Below are positions 8,386 through 17,894 of a stretch of DNA of 64,000 bases, piece after piece. Both the position numbers and the translations under genes were made by a program. How positions within the stretch are numbered: position 1 is the first letter of the stretch; each line of letters begins with the position of its first letter. Source of the stretch: Candidatus Cybelea sp. (lineage in GTDB: Bacteria; Vulcanimicrobiota; Vulcanimicrobiia; Vulcanimicrobiales; Vulcanimicrobiaceae); NCBI GenBank assembly GCA_036267315.1, contig DATAWH010000055.1:5855-69854 (forward strand), in the 5' to 3' direction. The notes under the pieces were generated by a model. The model did no database searches and was not told where the DNA came from. It saw only the letters and a program-made list of their open reading frames with translations.

Positions 8386-11300
8386 CTAAATTGCTTTGAT
8401 CGTCGCCATCATTCCCCCGTCTTCGTGGTCGAGCATGTGGCAGTGGAAGACGAAGGTGCCCCGGATCGCCGGATCGCGGAAGTCGACGAGGAGGCGCGCG
8501 ACCCCGGGGGCCGTTCGCCGTCCGGTGTGCCGCGCGACGGGGACGAGGACGGTGTCGCGCCACACGAGCGGCGTAACGGCCCTGCCGTCGAGCGACTCTA
8601 CCAGAAAGTGCACCTGGTGCAGGTGAATGTCGTGCACCTCATCGGTCTTGTTGAGCAGGGTCCACTCCTCGAGCGTCCCAGCGCGAACGACCGCCGCCGG
8701 CGCTTCGGTCATCGAAAACGCGCGGCCGTTAATGTAGAAGCCGTTGGCATCTTCGCTCAGGACGATCGTGCGCCGACGTATCGCGGCCGGCACGACAAAA
8801 CGCGGCGCTTTCTTTGCCGATGATGCTCGGGCATTCGCCGGGACGCTATCGTCGAGGGCGCCGTCTTGAGTAATCGTCGCGAGCACCGCCTGGGGGTCGC
8901 GATCTCCGCCGGCGCCGCTGTCGTAACAGCGCGTGCGCAGCAGCGTCGGCGTTTTCAAACCGGTGACGATGAACTCGGCGCGTGCCCCCGGCGGCACGAC
9001 GACGTGCGCCGTCCAGAGCACCGCGGGATTTCCCGGATAGGAGTCGGCGGGATACCCGTCGAGCGCGACGACGCCGATCTGTTCGTTATCTACGGCGAGG
9101 TCGAGGACGCGACTAGCCGTCGCATTGAGGACGCGGAACAGCTGACTCTGGCCGGCGCCGAGCGCAATTTGCGGCTGCGCAATGCCGTTGAGCGTCAAAT
9201 GCAGGCCCGGTTCCGGCAGGCACGACGCGTTTGGTCCAGGATTATCGTCGGCGTCGGCAACCCGTGCCAAGCGAGGCGTCTTCTTGCGCGCATACCACGG
9301 GATCGCCATGATGTTCGGAACGTACTGCACGTCGCGCACGACGATCGTGCGCTCGCCCATCGCGTGCAGTAACGGCAGCTTTTCGCGCAGGCCTTCCACG
9401 ACGATCGCGCCCGCCATCCCGCTGGTAACCTGCCAGTAGGTTTCGCCGTGCGCGTGGGGATGATACCAGTACAACCCCCGCGGCTGTGTGGTTGGTATTC
9501 GCAGCCGATAGTGCAGCGAGGTTCCGGGCGCGGCCAGCGTCGTCAGTACGTCGTCGCCAGGCGGCAGCGGCGCGACGTTGAGGCCGTGGAAGTGCAGGTT
9601 CACGTTATTTGCGGTGTTCGTCGAGCGTGGAAGCTCGTTGCGCAGCGTGAGATCGATCCAGTCGCCGGAGTGGACCCGGATCGTCGGTGCGGCGTCGGCG
9701 CCGTCGTACACGAAATGCGGCGCCGGATTGGCCGTCGTGCTGGCAACGGCAAGCCGGAGCTTTGCGGTCCCGTCGCGCGCCCGCACGACCGGTACGTCCG
9801 GCAGGGAGAGGTGAGGACTGACGAAGGCGTCGACCGTCGTCAGCGAGACCTTCCCGAAGCGGGCGCCGCTCTTCAGACGCCAAACGGCGATCGCGATCGT
9901 GTTGTCGCCGTGCGGATCGATTGGTCCCGCCGGCACCGGAAACGTGTGAGATCGCCGCGCATCGGCGGCGTAGTGCGCGATCAGCCAGCCGTTGACGAAG
10001 ATCGACGCGCGATAGTCCGCCCCCCGCGCGTCCTCGACGTGCAGCGCCGCAAAGGCATCGCGCGGGAGAGCGACGTCGAGCGGAACGGTCGCTCGATACC
10101 ACGTGACGCCCGCGCGCCGCGGCGCCGCGAGAGCTGCTGCCGGCGCCCACGAACGATCGTCGTACTGCGGGTTCTGCCATCCGGCGATCTCTCCGGCGAG
10201 ACCGCCCGCGGCGAGCGGCCCGCGAACGGCGTCAATATTGAACTCGCCGTTGGCCAGGATTCGCCACGCGATCGTGCGCGCGCCTCCGGACAGTGACGCT
10301 CGAAGCATGCCGCGCGGCGGTACGCGCGTCGTGTCGCGATTGGCGTCTTGAGCGTGAGCGGCGCTTTCGAAGAGTACCGCGATGACGTTGGCGCGGCCGC
10401 GGCGCAACTGCGATCGCGCGAGCGGCAGAGCCGTTCGAATAATGCCCTCCGGATCGGCGGCGACGCTTCCAAGATAGAAGCCGTTGAGCCACACCGCGCA
10501 CGCGCCGCCGCGCCCGGCGATCGCGGCGAGACCCAGCGCGCGCTCCGTCCCGCGCGCGACAAAGCGTCCGCGGTACCAGACGGCGCCGTGGTGAAAACCG
10601 TAGTCGTCGACGCCGAAGAAGTTGCCGCTCACCGGTAAACCGTTCTGCAAGTCGTCGGAATCGAAGGGACGCGAGATCAACAGCGGCGGCCACGCCTGAT
10701 CGTTGAAGCCCGGCGAGATCTCGTCGTCGTCAGAACGCGAGCGCCAGTGAGTAATCGCCGGAAGCTCGAGGCGCGTAACCGGGGGCGGCCATGGATCGGC
10801 CGCGGTTGCGCTGGTCCATCCCCACGCAACGCCGCGAAACGCCGGCGCGAACGCGGTCGTGGAGAAGGGAACCGTGACGCCGTCCTTTCGGGCGGCGCGT
10901 TCCAAACGCCGCGTCCGGGCCGCGTCACGTTCGCCGATTTCGTCGAGAACGATCGTGCCCGTCCCGCTGCTCAGCTGGTGGCGCGCGACGATCGCGTCGA
11001 CGCGCCGAAACCATTCACGGGATTCGAGCAGATAACGCGCGTTGAGCGCAGTCCGGCTCGCGGTGCGCGCCAATAGCCAATCGGGCAGGCCGCTCGCGTC
11101 GGCTCCGGCATCTATATACGGCCCCGGCTGCACGACGACGTACAATCCGGCCCGCGCGGCATCGTCGAAGAGCGCGTCGAGATCGCGGATTCCGCCAAAA
11201 TCGTACGTGCCCGGGCGTGCCGCGTGGTAGCCCCAGTAGAGATCGAGCGCGACCGCGTTATAACCGGCCGCCTTCATGCGCCCGAACGCGTCGGGCCAAA

Positions 11301-11493
11301 GCTGCGGCGCCGGAAGCTGCCAATAGTGGAACTGCGCTGCCGACAGTGCAACCGGCTGCCCGTCGATCGACAGCGAGCTTCCGTCGTACGCAAGCCGGTG
11401 GTGCACCGGCGCTCCGGCGCAACCGGCGAGCGCCGAAGTTGCGAGCAATCCGTAAAAAAGAAACGCGAGCGACCGCGTTCGGACCGCTCGCAT
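8386..11493 (-). CDS. Lipoprotein fusion: GH35 beta-galactosidase-like N-terminal region + multicopper oxidase C-terminal region
   Basis: It has a lipobox signal (LATSALAGC). Residues ~40-560 resemble GH35 (FHYWQLP, GYNAVALDLYWGYHAARPGTYDFGG, LYVVVQPGPYIDAGADASGLPDWL) plus two jelly-roll-like blocks (AVWYRGRF...WLNGFYLGS; VTWYRATV...IFVNGWLIAHY). Residues ~600-1035 carry all four MCO copper motifs: LHFHG, WYHPHAHG, HDIHLH, HCHMLDHEDGGMM. Confidence 0.8.
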   Translation of the reverse strand: MRAVRTRSLAFLFYGLLATSALAGCAGAPVHHRLAYDGSSLSIDGQPVALSAAQFHYWQLPAPQLWPDAFGRMKAAGYNAVALDLYWGYHAARPGTYDFGGIRDLDALFDDAARAGLYVVVQPGPYIDAGADASGLPDWLLARTASRTALNARYLLESREWFRRVDAIVARHQLSSGTGTIVLDEIGERDAARTRRLERAARKDGVTVPFSTTAFAPAFRGVAWGWTSATAADPWPPPVTRLELPAITHWRSRSDDDEISPGFNDQAWPPLLISRPFDSDDLQNGLPVSGNFFGVDDYGFHHGAVWYRGRFVARGTERALGLAAIAGRGGACAVWLNGFYLGSVAADPEGIIRTALPLARSQLRRGRANVIAVLFESAAHAQDANRDTTRVPPRGMLRASLSGGARTIAWRILANGEFNIDAVRGPLAAGGLAGEIAGWQNPQYDDRSWAPAAALAAPRRAGVTWYRATVPLDVALPRDAFAALHVEDARGADYRASIFVNGWLIAHYAADARRSHTFPVPAGPIDPHGDNTIAIAVWRLKSGARFGKVSLTTVDAFVSPHLSLPDVPVVRARDGTAKLRLAVASTTANPAPHFVYDGADAAPTIRVHSGDWIDLTLRNELPRSTNTANNVNLHFHGLNVAPLPPGDDVLTTLAAPGTSLHYRLRIPTTQPRGLYWYHPHAHGETYWQVTSGMAGAIVVEGLREKLPLLHAMGERTIVVRDVQYVPNIMAIPWYARKKTPRLARVADADDNPGPNASCLPEPGLHLTLNGIAQPQIALGAGQSQLFRVLNATASRVLDLAVDNEQIGVVALDGYPADSYPGNPAVLWTAHVVVPPGARAEFIVTGLKTPTLLRTRCYDSGAGGDRDPQAVLATITQDGALDDSVPANARASSAKKAPRFVVPAAIRRRTIVLSEDANGFYINGRAFSMTEAPAAVVRAGTLEEWTLLNKTDEVHDIHLHQVHFLVESLDGRAVTPLVWRDTVLVPVARHTGRRTAPGVARLLVDFRDPAIRGTFVFHCHMLDHEDGGMMATIKAI

Positions 11494-11516
11494 TGAGGTG
11501 TTCGTGAAACGGTCTC

Positions 11517-12413
11517 CTACTTGATCACGCCTTTGACCGGCGATGCCGAGGCTGCCGATCCCAGCGCCTTGACGCCAAAGATATCCTCGATCGTCCGTAA
11601 GATGCTGTAATGGTTAACGGTTTGACTAAACTGCCCCGCGTTGACGTTGCCGATGAGGATCGTCGGAATCTGGTTGCCTGGGCTGCCGTCGTTTTCGTCG
11701 AAAGTGAGAATCAAAAGGCCCTGGTGAGCAGTGTCCCAAGCGATGAGATCCGGCAAGTTCTTCGACGCCCAGGTGTCGCCGGTGTTGATCGAGCAGTCGT
11801 GCATGTCGTTGCACATATTCGGCGTGATCCAGACGAACTGCGCGGGCGCTTTTTTCAGGGGCTTCTTGTAAACGTAGCTGACCGAGGCCGGCAGGTTGGT
11901 GAAATCGGCCCACGGCACGTGCTTGCGCATATAGAGATAGCCGCTGGGCAGTGAGTCGGGAACCGCCTCGCACCCCGTATAACCGGCAGACGGCATGCTC
12001 TCGGCATAACCGCGGAACGAAACACCGGCTGCGAGCAACTCGCTGCCGAGATTATCGACGCCGAAGCTCACCGGGCACTGGTCGCCCGTCACGCCCTGGG
12101 TCGAACCGCTGAAAAGCGAAAGGTAGTTTGGCTGGCTCGGGTGCGTGATCGCGAAGCTTTGCGTCATGTTCGCCCAGGTTTTCGAAAGGCTCGTAATGTA
12201 CGGCGCCTGCTGGCTGCCGATCACCGAATCGTATGATTTGTTTTCAAAGATAACGAGCTGGACGTACTTTGTCGTGAACTTCTTTGCCGCTCCGACCGGC
12301 GCGTTTTGCGCGACGGCCTGCCCGCCTTGCGACGGGCTCGGCGCGGCGATCGCCTGGCACCCGCCGAGCGCTGCGGCAAACGCGGCGAGGATCGTCACGT
12401 GCTTGAAATTCAA
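11517..12413 (-). CDS. Lipoprotein phosphoesterase-family protein (acid phosphatase / phospholipase C-like)
   Basis: It has a lipobox (AAALGGC). Phosphoesterase-family blocks are VIFENKSYDSVIG, THPSQPNYLSLFSGSTQG and LILTFDENDG. The stop lies 23 nt upstream of the next gene's start. Confidence 0.7.
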   Translation of the reverse strand: MNFKHVTILAAFAAALGGCQAIAAPSPSQGGQAVAQNAPVGAAKKFTTKYVQLVIFENKSYDSVIGSQQAPYITSLSKTWANMTQSFAITHPSQPNYLSLFSGSTQGVTGDQCPVSFGVDNLGSELLAAGVSFRGYAESMPSAGYTGCEAVPDSLPSGYLYMRKHVPWADFTNLPASVSYVYKKPLKKAPAQFVWITPNMCNDMHDCSINTGDTWASKNLPDLIAWDTAHQGLLILTFDENDGSPGNQIPTILIGNVNAGQFSQTVNHYSILRTIEDIFGVKALGSAASASPVKGVIK

Positions 12414-12549
12414 GGTTGGCTCCTTCCAGTCGAGATTCGCTGCTCGGTCCCTACGCCGCCGTAAGCGCGGCTCCCGCCTGGCATTAACGCTGCCGGCGCG
12501 CTAATAGTCGGGCCAACTACCCCGGTTGCCGGAGGGCGGCGGCGCTGCT

Positions 12550-13092
12550 TTAAAAAGCGATCGAGCTCGCCGGCGCGCACTGCGTCGGCGAAAACTGCAC
12601 GCTGAACGCCGACGTGCTCGGCGCCGCGGTCGCGTCAGAGCTCGACGCCAACCCGGCGCGGTACGAAGGCTTCGTTGAAAAGAGGCCTTTCGACTGATTG
12701 TCGACCAGCGAGCCGATCGTCGCGTTTTGTGGTGCGGCATAGGCACTCGACGCCGGCGACGGCATAAAGCCGTTCGCTAAGCATCCTGCCTGGAGCCACG
12801 GCGGCGGCTGATACAACACGTAGTCGCGTGCCGGTTCCGAAGCCGCGTGCCAGCTCGGGTAGAGTGCCCCGGCGTTGGGCTCGAGCGACCTCGGATGAAG
12901 ATTGATTTCCGGCGCCCGGTAAACGCTGCGCTGGACGGGGTGTCCCTCCGGGGGACGCGCCTGTCCGTGAGGAGCCGATCCGCGGTACACCGGCACGACC
13001 GCCGGTGGCGGTGGCGGTGGTGCGGCGAGTGCGACCACCGGCGTCAAAATTATGCAAGTCATTCCGATTGCGGCGGCGAGCGAACGTCCCAT
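12550..13092 (-). CDS. Hypothetical secreted proline-rich protein
   Basis: It has a signal-like N-terminus (MGRSLAAAIGMTCIILTPVVALA) followed by PPPPPP and low-complexity Pro/Ser/Ala sequence. I chose it over the Arg-rich overlapping ORF 12635..13375. Confidence 0.4.
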   Translation of the reverse strand: MGRSLAAAIGMTCIILTPVVALAAPPPPPPAVVPVYRGSAPHGQARPPEGHPVQRSVYRAPEINLHPRSLEPNAGALYPSWHAASEPARDYVLYQPPPWLQAGCLANGFMPSPASSAYAAPQNATIGSLVDNQSKGLFSTKPSYRAGLASSSDATAAPSTSAFSVQFSPTQCAPASSIAF

Positions 13093-13133
13093 GGAGAGGG
13101 ATTTCGCGGGCGGCTGATGGCATCCCCCACGTT

Positions 13134-13736
13134 ATGGACCGCGGCGAGTTCTTGACGGTTCTGGTTTCGGCGTTGACCGGCGCGGGGGTACCCTCGCCTG
13201 GGCCGAGGACCGTTCCAAAGCGGTGGGACGAGTGCGCGCAGAATCCGGGGTTGCCATACGATCGACCCTTGGGGTTAACGATGCGCGTGCTTGACGGACC
13301 GGACTTCGACCTTATCAAATATCGCGGACGAGCGGTCTTGATCAACATTTTTGCCACGTGGTGCGGCCCGTGCAACGGTGAGATGCCCTACGTGGTGGAG
13401 GCCGAGGAAGACTTCGCATCGCGTGGTTTATCGGTAGTCGGTATCGACGCGCGGGAAGAAGACGACACCGTTCGCGCATTTCGTAAACGCTACGACATCA
13501 CGTTCCCCATTGCGATGGATCGCAACGGCACGTTCGTTAAGGTGCTGGAAGTTGGAGCCAACGGTCGCAACGTCGTCTATCCGGTGTCGTTGTTCGTCGA
13601 CCCGAACGGGTTTCTCACCTGCGACGTTATCGGAGCGATGGGACGCCGGCAGTTACGTTACCGGATCGAGCGGTCTCTCGCCACGTCGGCGCCCGCTATT
13701 GCGACGCCTGCCCCTGCATCGACGCCCTTGCTCTAG
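13134..13736 (+). CDS. TlpA/ResA-like periplasmic thiol:disulfide oxidoreductase (thioredoxin fold)
   Basis: The redox motif WCGPC sits in the context VLINIFATWCGPCNGEMP. The downstream block AFRKRYDITFPIAMD is typical of the TlpA/redoxin family. The start is set at ATG 13134 (MDRGEFLTVLVSALTGAG); the longer ORF would overlap the divergent gene. Confidence 0.75.
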   Translation: MDRGEFLTVLVSALTGAGVPSPGPRTVPKRWDECAQNPGLPYDRPLGLTMRVLDGPDFDLIKYRGRAVLINIFATWCGPCNGEMPYVVEAEEDFASRGLSVVGIDAREEDDTVRAFRKRYDITFPIAMDRNGTFVKVLEVGANGRNVVYPVSLFVDPNGFLTCDVIGAMGRRQLRYRIERSLATSAPAIATPAPASTPLL

Positions 13737-13975
13737 CCCGAGCGCTCTGCCACGTAGCGGTACTGTCCGGGTTTCCACGCGCAGAGGCTTCCATCGTTCA
13801 TTACAAACGATTCGCACCCGTCCACCTCGGCGTTGAAGTCTTCGTTGAGCTTCTTGGTCGCGGGCCAGTTTACGGCCGGCTCTTGGCGCGCTGCGCCGCG
13901 CGCTTTCGTATTTGAAAACTGCGGCGACTTAACGAGCGCGTTGAGCGCCCCGGCGAGTCTTCGAGCATCATCCAT
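13733..13975 (-). CDS. Hypothetical small protein (80 aa)
   Basis: It is the only sizeable ORF filling the 300-nt gap between the TlpA-like and MOSC genes. The composition is not Arg-rich junk, but I recognise no motif. Confidence 0.3.
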   Translation of the reverse strand: MDDARRLAGALNALVKSPQFSNTKARGAARQEPAVNWPATKKLNEDFNAEVDGCESFVMNDGSLCAWKPGQYRYVAERSG

Positions 13976-14103
13976 TCCTCGACGGTTCCCCTGGGCTGCG
14001 TTGAGACCCCTGCAGGCCAGGGGGATCGCCGGCAGTGCCGACGGGGCATTCCCGCGATCGCGCGAAACCGGGTGAACACGTTTTGAAGGTAGGTGAGAAC
14101 GGC

Positions 14104-14766
14104 ATGGACGCTCGCGTTGTTTCGGCGAACATCGGCCGGCCCAAGGTTGTCACGTGGCGCGGCCAAACGTTCTCGACCGCTATCGAAAAGACGCCGGTGA
14201 ACGCATCGTTGCCGGTGCGCGGAGTAAACATCGGCGACGACGATCAAGCCGACCGATCCGTACACGGCGGCCGCAGCAAGGCGATCTACGCCTATAGCCT
14301 AGACGATTACTTTTGGTGGCAGAGTCGAGAGGCCGTTGAGTACGCGCCGGGACTCTTTGGTGAAAACCTTACGACCGATGGCGTCGACCTGGGAAGCTGT
14401 CTGATCGGCGAACGCTGGCGAGCCGGCTCGGCAGTGCTCGAGGTATCGGAGCCGCGCCTCCCGTGTTACAAGCTTGGATTCCGGCTCGACGACGTAGCTT
14501 TTCCGAGCCGGTTCGCAAAGGCGCTTCGCCCGGGAGCGTACTTTCGCATCGTGGAAGAGGGCCGAGTTGGTCCCGGCGACACGCTAACACTCCTGTACCG
14601 CCCAAAAGAGCACGAAATCACGATCCGCGAAGTGATGCGGGTACGGCTCTTTGCCCACCAAGAACGAGCGAAGCTGGCGCCAGTAGGCGCACTGAGCTCG
14701 CCGTACCGAGAATGGGCGGCGCTTTCGCCGGACCAGCCCCGCGGGTCTTCAGACGACGATTCGTGA
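14104..14766 (+). CDS. MOSC domain-containing protein (YiiM-like)
   Basis: MOSC blocks are present: GDDDQADRSVHGG..KAIYAYS, GENLTTDGVDL, VLEVSEPRLPCYKLG and PGAYFRIVEEGRVGPGD. The start is set at ATG 14104. Confidence 0.8.
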   Translation: MDARVVSANIGRPKVVTWRGQTFSTAIEKTPVNASLPVRGVNIGDDDQADRSVHGGRSKAIYAYSLDDYFWWQSREAVEYAPGLFGENLTTDGVDLGSCLIGERWRAGSAVLEVSEPRLPCYKLGFRLDDVAFPSRFAKALRPGAYFRIVEEGRVGPGDTLTLLYRPKEHEITIREVMRVRLFAHQERAKLAPVGALSSPYREWAALSPDQPRGSSDDDS

Positions 14767-14780
14767 GGGCCCCGGAGTCC

Positions 14781-16205
14781 TTAGCCTACGGCGCCTTCCA
14801 TCTCCATCTTTACCAAGCGGTTCAGCTCAACGGCATACTCCATCGGCAGCTCCTTGACGAAAAAGTCGAAGAACCCGTTGACGATCATTGCCGTTGCGTC
14901 GGCCTCCGAAAGGCCGCGCGACATCGCGTAGAAGAGCTGTTCCTCACCGATTTTGCTGACGCTCGCTTCGTGTTCCACCGTCGAGCGCTGCTCGTGAATC
15001 TTCATCGTCGGCTTCGTATCGCTCGACGATTCCTCGTCCATGATGAGCGCGTCGCAGCGAACGCGCGTCTTCGCGCCCGTCGCGCCGGCGTGCACCTCGA
15101 CCAATCCACGATAGGTCGTCTTTCCGCCGTGAGCGCTGACCGATTTATTGGTAACGACCGACGTCGTGCGGGGAGCGGCGTGAATGACTTTCGCGCCGGC
15201 GTCCTGGTGCTGCCCTTCGCCGGCGAACGCCATGGACAAAATCTCACCGCGGGCACCCTCACCCATCAGGTAGATGGAGGGATACTTCATCGTTAGGCGC
15301 GAGCCGATGTTTCCGTCGACCCATTCGATCGTCGCATCCTTGTGTGCGATCGCGCGTTTGGTGACGAGATTAAAGATATTGCGATACCAGTTCTGGATCG
15401 TGGTATAGCGGATCGACGCGCCTTCGTCTGCGATCAACTCGACCACCGCCGAATGCAGCGACGAAGTCGAAAACTTCGGGGCGGTGCAGCCCTCGATGTA
15501 GTGCACCTTGGCGCCCTTATCCGCGATGATCAGTGTGCGCTCGAACTGGCCCATGTTTTCGGCGTTGATGCGGAAGTACGCCTGAAGCGGCATCGCTACG
15601 GTCACGCCGGGCGGCACGTAGATGAACGACCCGCCCGACCAGACCGCGGAGTTCAGCGCTGCAAACTTGTTATCGCCGGGCGGAATAATGGTCGCAAAGT
15701 ACTTCCGCACGATGTCGGGGTACTTTTTGACCGCGGTGTCCATGTCGCAGAAGAGTACGCCTTGCTCGTCCAGCGCCTTACTCGTGTTGTGATAGACGAC
15801 TTCACTCTCGTATTGAGCCGAAACGCCGGCGAGGAACTTGCGTTCGGCCTCGGGGATACCCAAGCGATCGAATGTCCGCTTGATATCCTCCGGAACGTCG
15901 TCCCAGGAGCGTTCCGTCTGGTCGGTCGATTTCACGAAATAATGGATGTCGGAAAAATCGATTTCGCTCAGGAGCTTGGTATCGCCCCACTCCGGCATCG
16001 GCTTTGAAATGAAGAGCTCGTAGGCCTTGAGCCGGAACTCGAGCATCCACTCGGGCTCGTCCTTCATGCGGCTGATCCGCTCGACGATCTCGCGGGTCAG
16101 CCCCTTATCCGACTTAAAGACGTAGTTCTCGGGGTCGTGGAACCCGTGACGGTAATCCTCGATGAGCTGGGCCGGCTTCACCGGAGCGTCCAATTTCAAT
16201 GCCAT
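14781..16205 (-). CDS. sufB: Fe-S cluster assembly scaffold protein SufB
   Basis: It looks like full-length SufB ([45 protein letters not shown] ... beta-helix region ... VNGFF). ATG 16205 (MALKLD) has an AAGAGG Shine-Dalgarno 5 nt upstream. The maximal ORF reaches 16235. Confidence 0.93.
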   Translation of the reverse strand: MALKLDAPVKPAQLIEDYRHGFHDPENYVFKSDKGLTREIVERISRMKDEPEWMLEFRLKAYELFISKPMPEWGDTKLLSEIDFSDIHYFVKSTDQTERSWDDVPEDIKRTFDRLGIPEAERKFLAGVSAQYESEVVYHNTSKALDEQGVLFCDMDTAVKKYPDIVRKYFATIIPPGDNKFAALNSAVWSGGSFIYVPPGVTVAMPLQAYFRINAENMGQFERTLIIADKGAKVHYIEGCTAPKFSTSSLHSAVVELIADEGASIRYTTIQNWYRNIFNLVTKRAIAHKDATIEWVDGNIGSRLTMKYPSIYLMGEGARGEILSMAFAGEGQHQDAGAKVIHAAPRTTSVVTNKSVSAHGGKTTYRGLVEVHAGATGAKTRVRCDALIMDEESSSDTKPTMKIHEQRSTVEHEASVSKIGEEQLFYAMSRGLSEADATAMIVNGFFDFFVKELPMEYAVELNRLVKMEMEGAVG

Positions 16206-16566
16206 TGCCTCTTGAGCGTACGCCCCGGAACCCATATAGTCAAGATAGTGAAGAGCTACCTTTAAATACCTGTGAGTTCATCGTGGAAAAGGGCCTTTAC
16301 ACGGGGGGGCCGAGGGGGTATGATTGGCGCCGGTCCTTTAAGAGGATGGGTAGAAGGTCCCAGGTGCAGGTTCGCGAGTTGAGCCGGCCGGGGGCCGCGG
16401 TTGGAAGGGAGGGCGCGCCCATCGCGCCATCGCGCCGAGTCGCCCGCGCACCGAACAAAAGCGCCGGCAAGAGCTCGTCGATAGGTCGGGGGAACGGGTG
16501 CACTGCAGCCGCCAGCCGACGTAGTCCGGAGGTGGGATTCCTCAAGGTCAAGGAGACCTGTACAAA

Positions 16567-16977
16567 TTGAAGGCACTCGGCAGGCACATCGTGTGCGAGC
16601 TCTCGGGCTGTCATCCGACGCTACTCTCTGACATCACCGGCATATCTGCCATGATGAACGCGGCCGCCAAGGCCGCCGGCGCTACGATCATGGAAAGCGC
16701 CTTCCACCGATTTGAGCCGCAGGGCGTCTCGGGAACGGTCATTTTGGCCGAGTCTCACCTCTCGATCCACACCTGGCCCGAGATGGGTTATGCGGCGATG
16801 GATTTTTATACGTGCGGCGAGCATACCGACCCGTGGCTCGCTTGCGATTATGCCGCGCGGACGCTCGCTGCAAAGAGCGTACTCGCGACCGAACTTAAGC
16901 GCGGCATCGAAAAGAGCGACGGTGAATTTACCCACGTCATCGATCGCAACGCGAGCGCAGAAACGCTTTCGGCGTAA
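16567..16977 (+). CDS. speH: S-adenosylmethionine decarboxylase proenzyme (small bacterial SpeH/SpeD type)
   Basis: The N-terminus MKALGRHIVCELSGC matches the family. The autoprocessing / pyruvoyl site ESHLSIHTWPE is present. It has a TTG start and is 136 aa. Confidence 0.9.
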   Translation: MKALGRHIVCELSGCHPTLLSDITGISAMMNAAAKAAGATIMESAFHRFEPQGVSGTVILAESHLSIHTWPEMGYAAMDFYTCGEHTDPWLACDYAARTLAAKSVLATELKRGIEKSDGEFTHVIDRNASAETLSA

Positions 16978-17089
16978 CAATAATCACCTTTATTACGTTG
17001 CAATTTGGGAGGCGCAATGCGCCTGCCGTCTAATTCTCTACGCACAAAATACGGTTACCGCTCTCAGGAGTGAGGGAGAAACGATTCTC

Positions 17090-17803
17090 ATGCGTTCACA
17101 TATGATTCGAGCCGGCATTGCTGCCGTCGCGGCAAGCGTGGGCCTTGCAGCGTGCGCTAGCCACGGACTCGTACCGTCGTCGTCAAGCGGGCTCGGTCAA
17201 AGCGCGCTCAGCCCCACTGCGCTCAGCGACGAGCTGCAAAATGCAAAAATAACGACTTGCGCTACCAGCCCGCCGCAGTACCAGTGGAAAGCCAAAGGTG
17301 CCTGCGATCCGACGATCACTCTGAAACCGACAGGCGCCAGCTTCAGCCTGGCGGAGTACGAGAGCATTACGGTTAAGGGTTCGATCGGAAATAACACGAC
17401 CAAAGGAACGGCGACGATCACGATCGCCGACGCAACCGATACCAACGGCGATATGGAGACGTATCAGGGGAAACCCTTTCCGAAGTACACGCCCCGCGGG
17501 AAGACGTTCATCTACGCCGTCGCCATCAACCAGAGCAAACAGACGATCAAACCGGCACCCGCCGGCAAGAAGCCCGTTCTTCAGTACGTGATCACCGACG
17601 CAAAGGGTCTTCCCGGCACGACGTGCGGCGTCGCGCTGCTCACGAAGGGAACGAACGGAAAGTATACCTGGTCGTCCTTCCCAGGCTCGTTCCCGGCCAA
17701 GGGCAAAACGGTGACGATCACGCAGTACAGCGTGCCGCACGGTTTTGAGATTCCCCCGAAAACCCCGCTCTACTTCGGCGTGAACTGCTACACCGGAGCG
17801 TAG
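17090..17803 (+). CDS. Hypothetical lipoprotein
   Basis: ATG 17090 is preceded by GGAGTGAGGGAG. The signal plus lipobox read MRSHMIRAGIAAVAASVGLAAC. The mature part is Thr/Lys/Gly-rich with 4 Cys, and the G+C is visibly lower than in the neighbours. Confidence 0.7.
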   Translation: MRSHMIRAGIAAVAASVGLAACASHGLVPSSSSGLGQSALSPTALSDELQNAKITTCATSPPQYQWKAKGACDPTITLKPTGASFSLAEYESITVKGSIGNNTTKGTATITIADATDTNGDMETYQGKPFPKYTPRGKTFIYAVAINQSKQTIKPAPAGKKPVLQYVITDAKGLPGTTCGVALLTKGTNGKYTWSSFPGSFPAKGKTVTITQYSVPHGFEIPPKTPLYFGVNCYTGA

Positions 17804-17841
17804 CTGAAAGCAACGTAAACTCTGGACCCGTACCAAGAACG

Positions 17842-17872
17842 ACCCCGCCGGCAACGGCGGGGTTCTTCTTTT
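17842..17872 (+). terminator. Rho-independent terminator
   Basis: A perfect 9-bp GC-rich stem ACCCCGCCG (17842-17850) / CGGCGGGGT (17855-17863) has a GCAA loop. It is followed by TCTTCTTTT. Confidence 0.75.
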
Positions 17873-17894
17873 GGGCCGCCAATCTAGGGCGAGC

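Noticed and set aside
12635-13375. 246-aa ORF overlapping both the proline-rich protein gene and the TlpA-like gene
   Set aside because: Its composition is Arg-rich and it has no motif. It overlaps the thioredoxin-fold gene, which has a clear WCGPC active site, on the opposite strand.
16199-16570. 123-aa ORF in the sufB-speH spacer
   Set aside because: It is Arg/Gly-rich with no motif, and its start overlaps the sufB 5' end. It is more likely non-coding, and the spacer is flagged separately as a finding.
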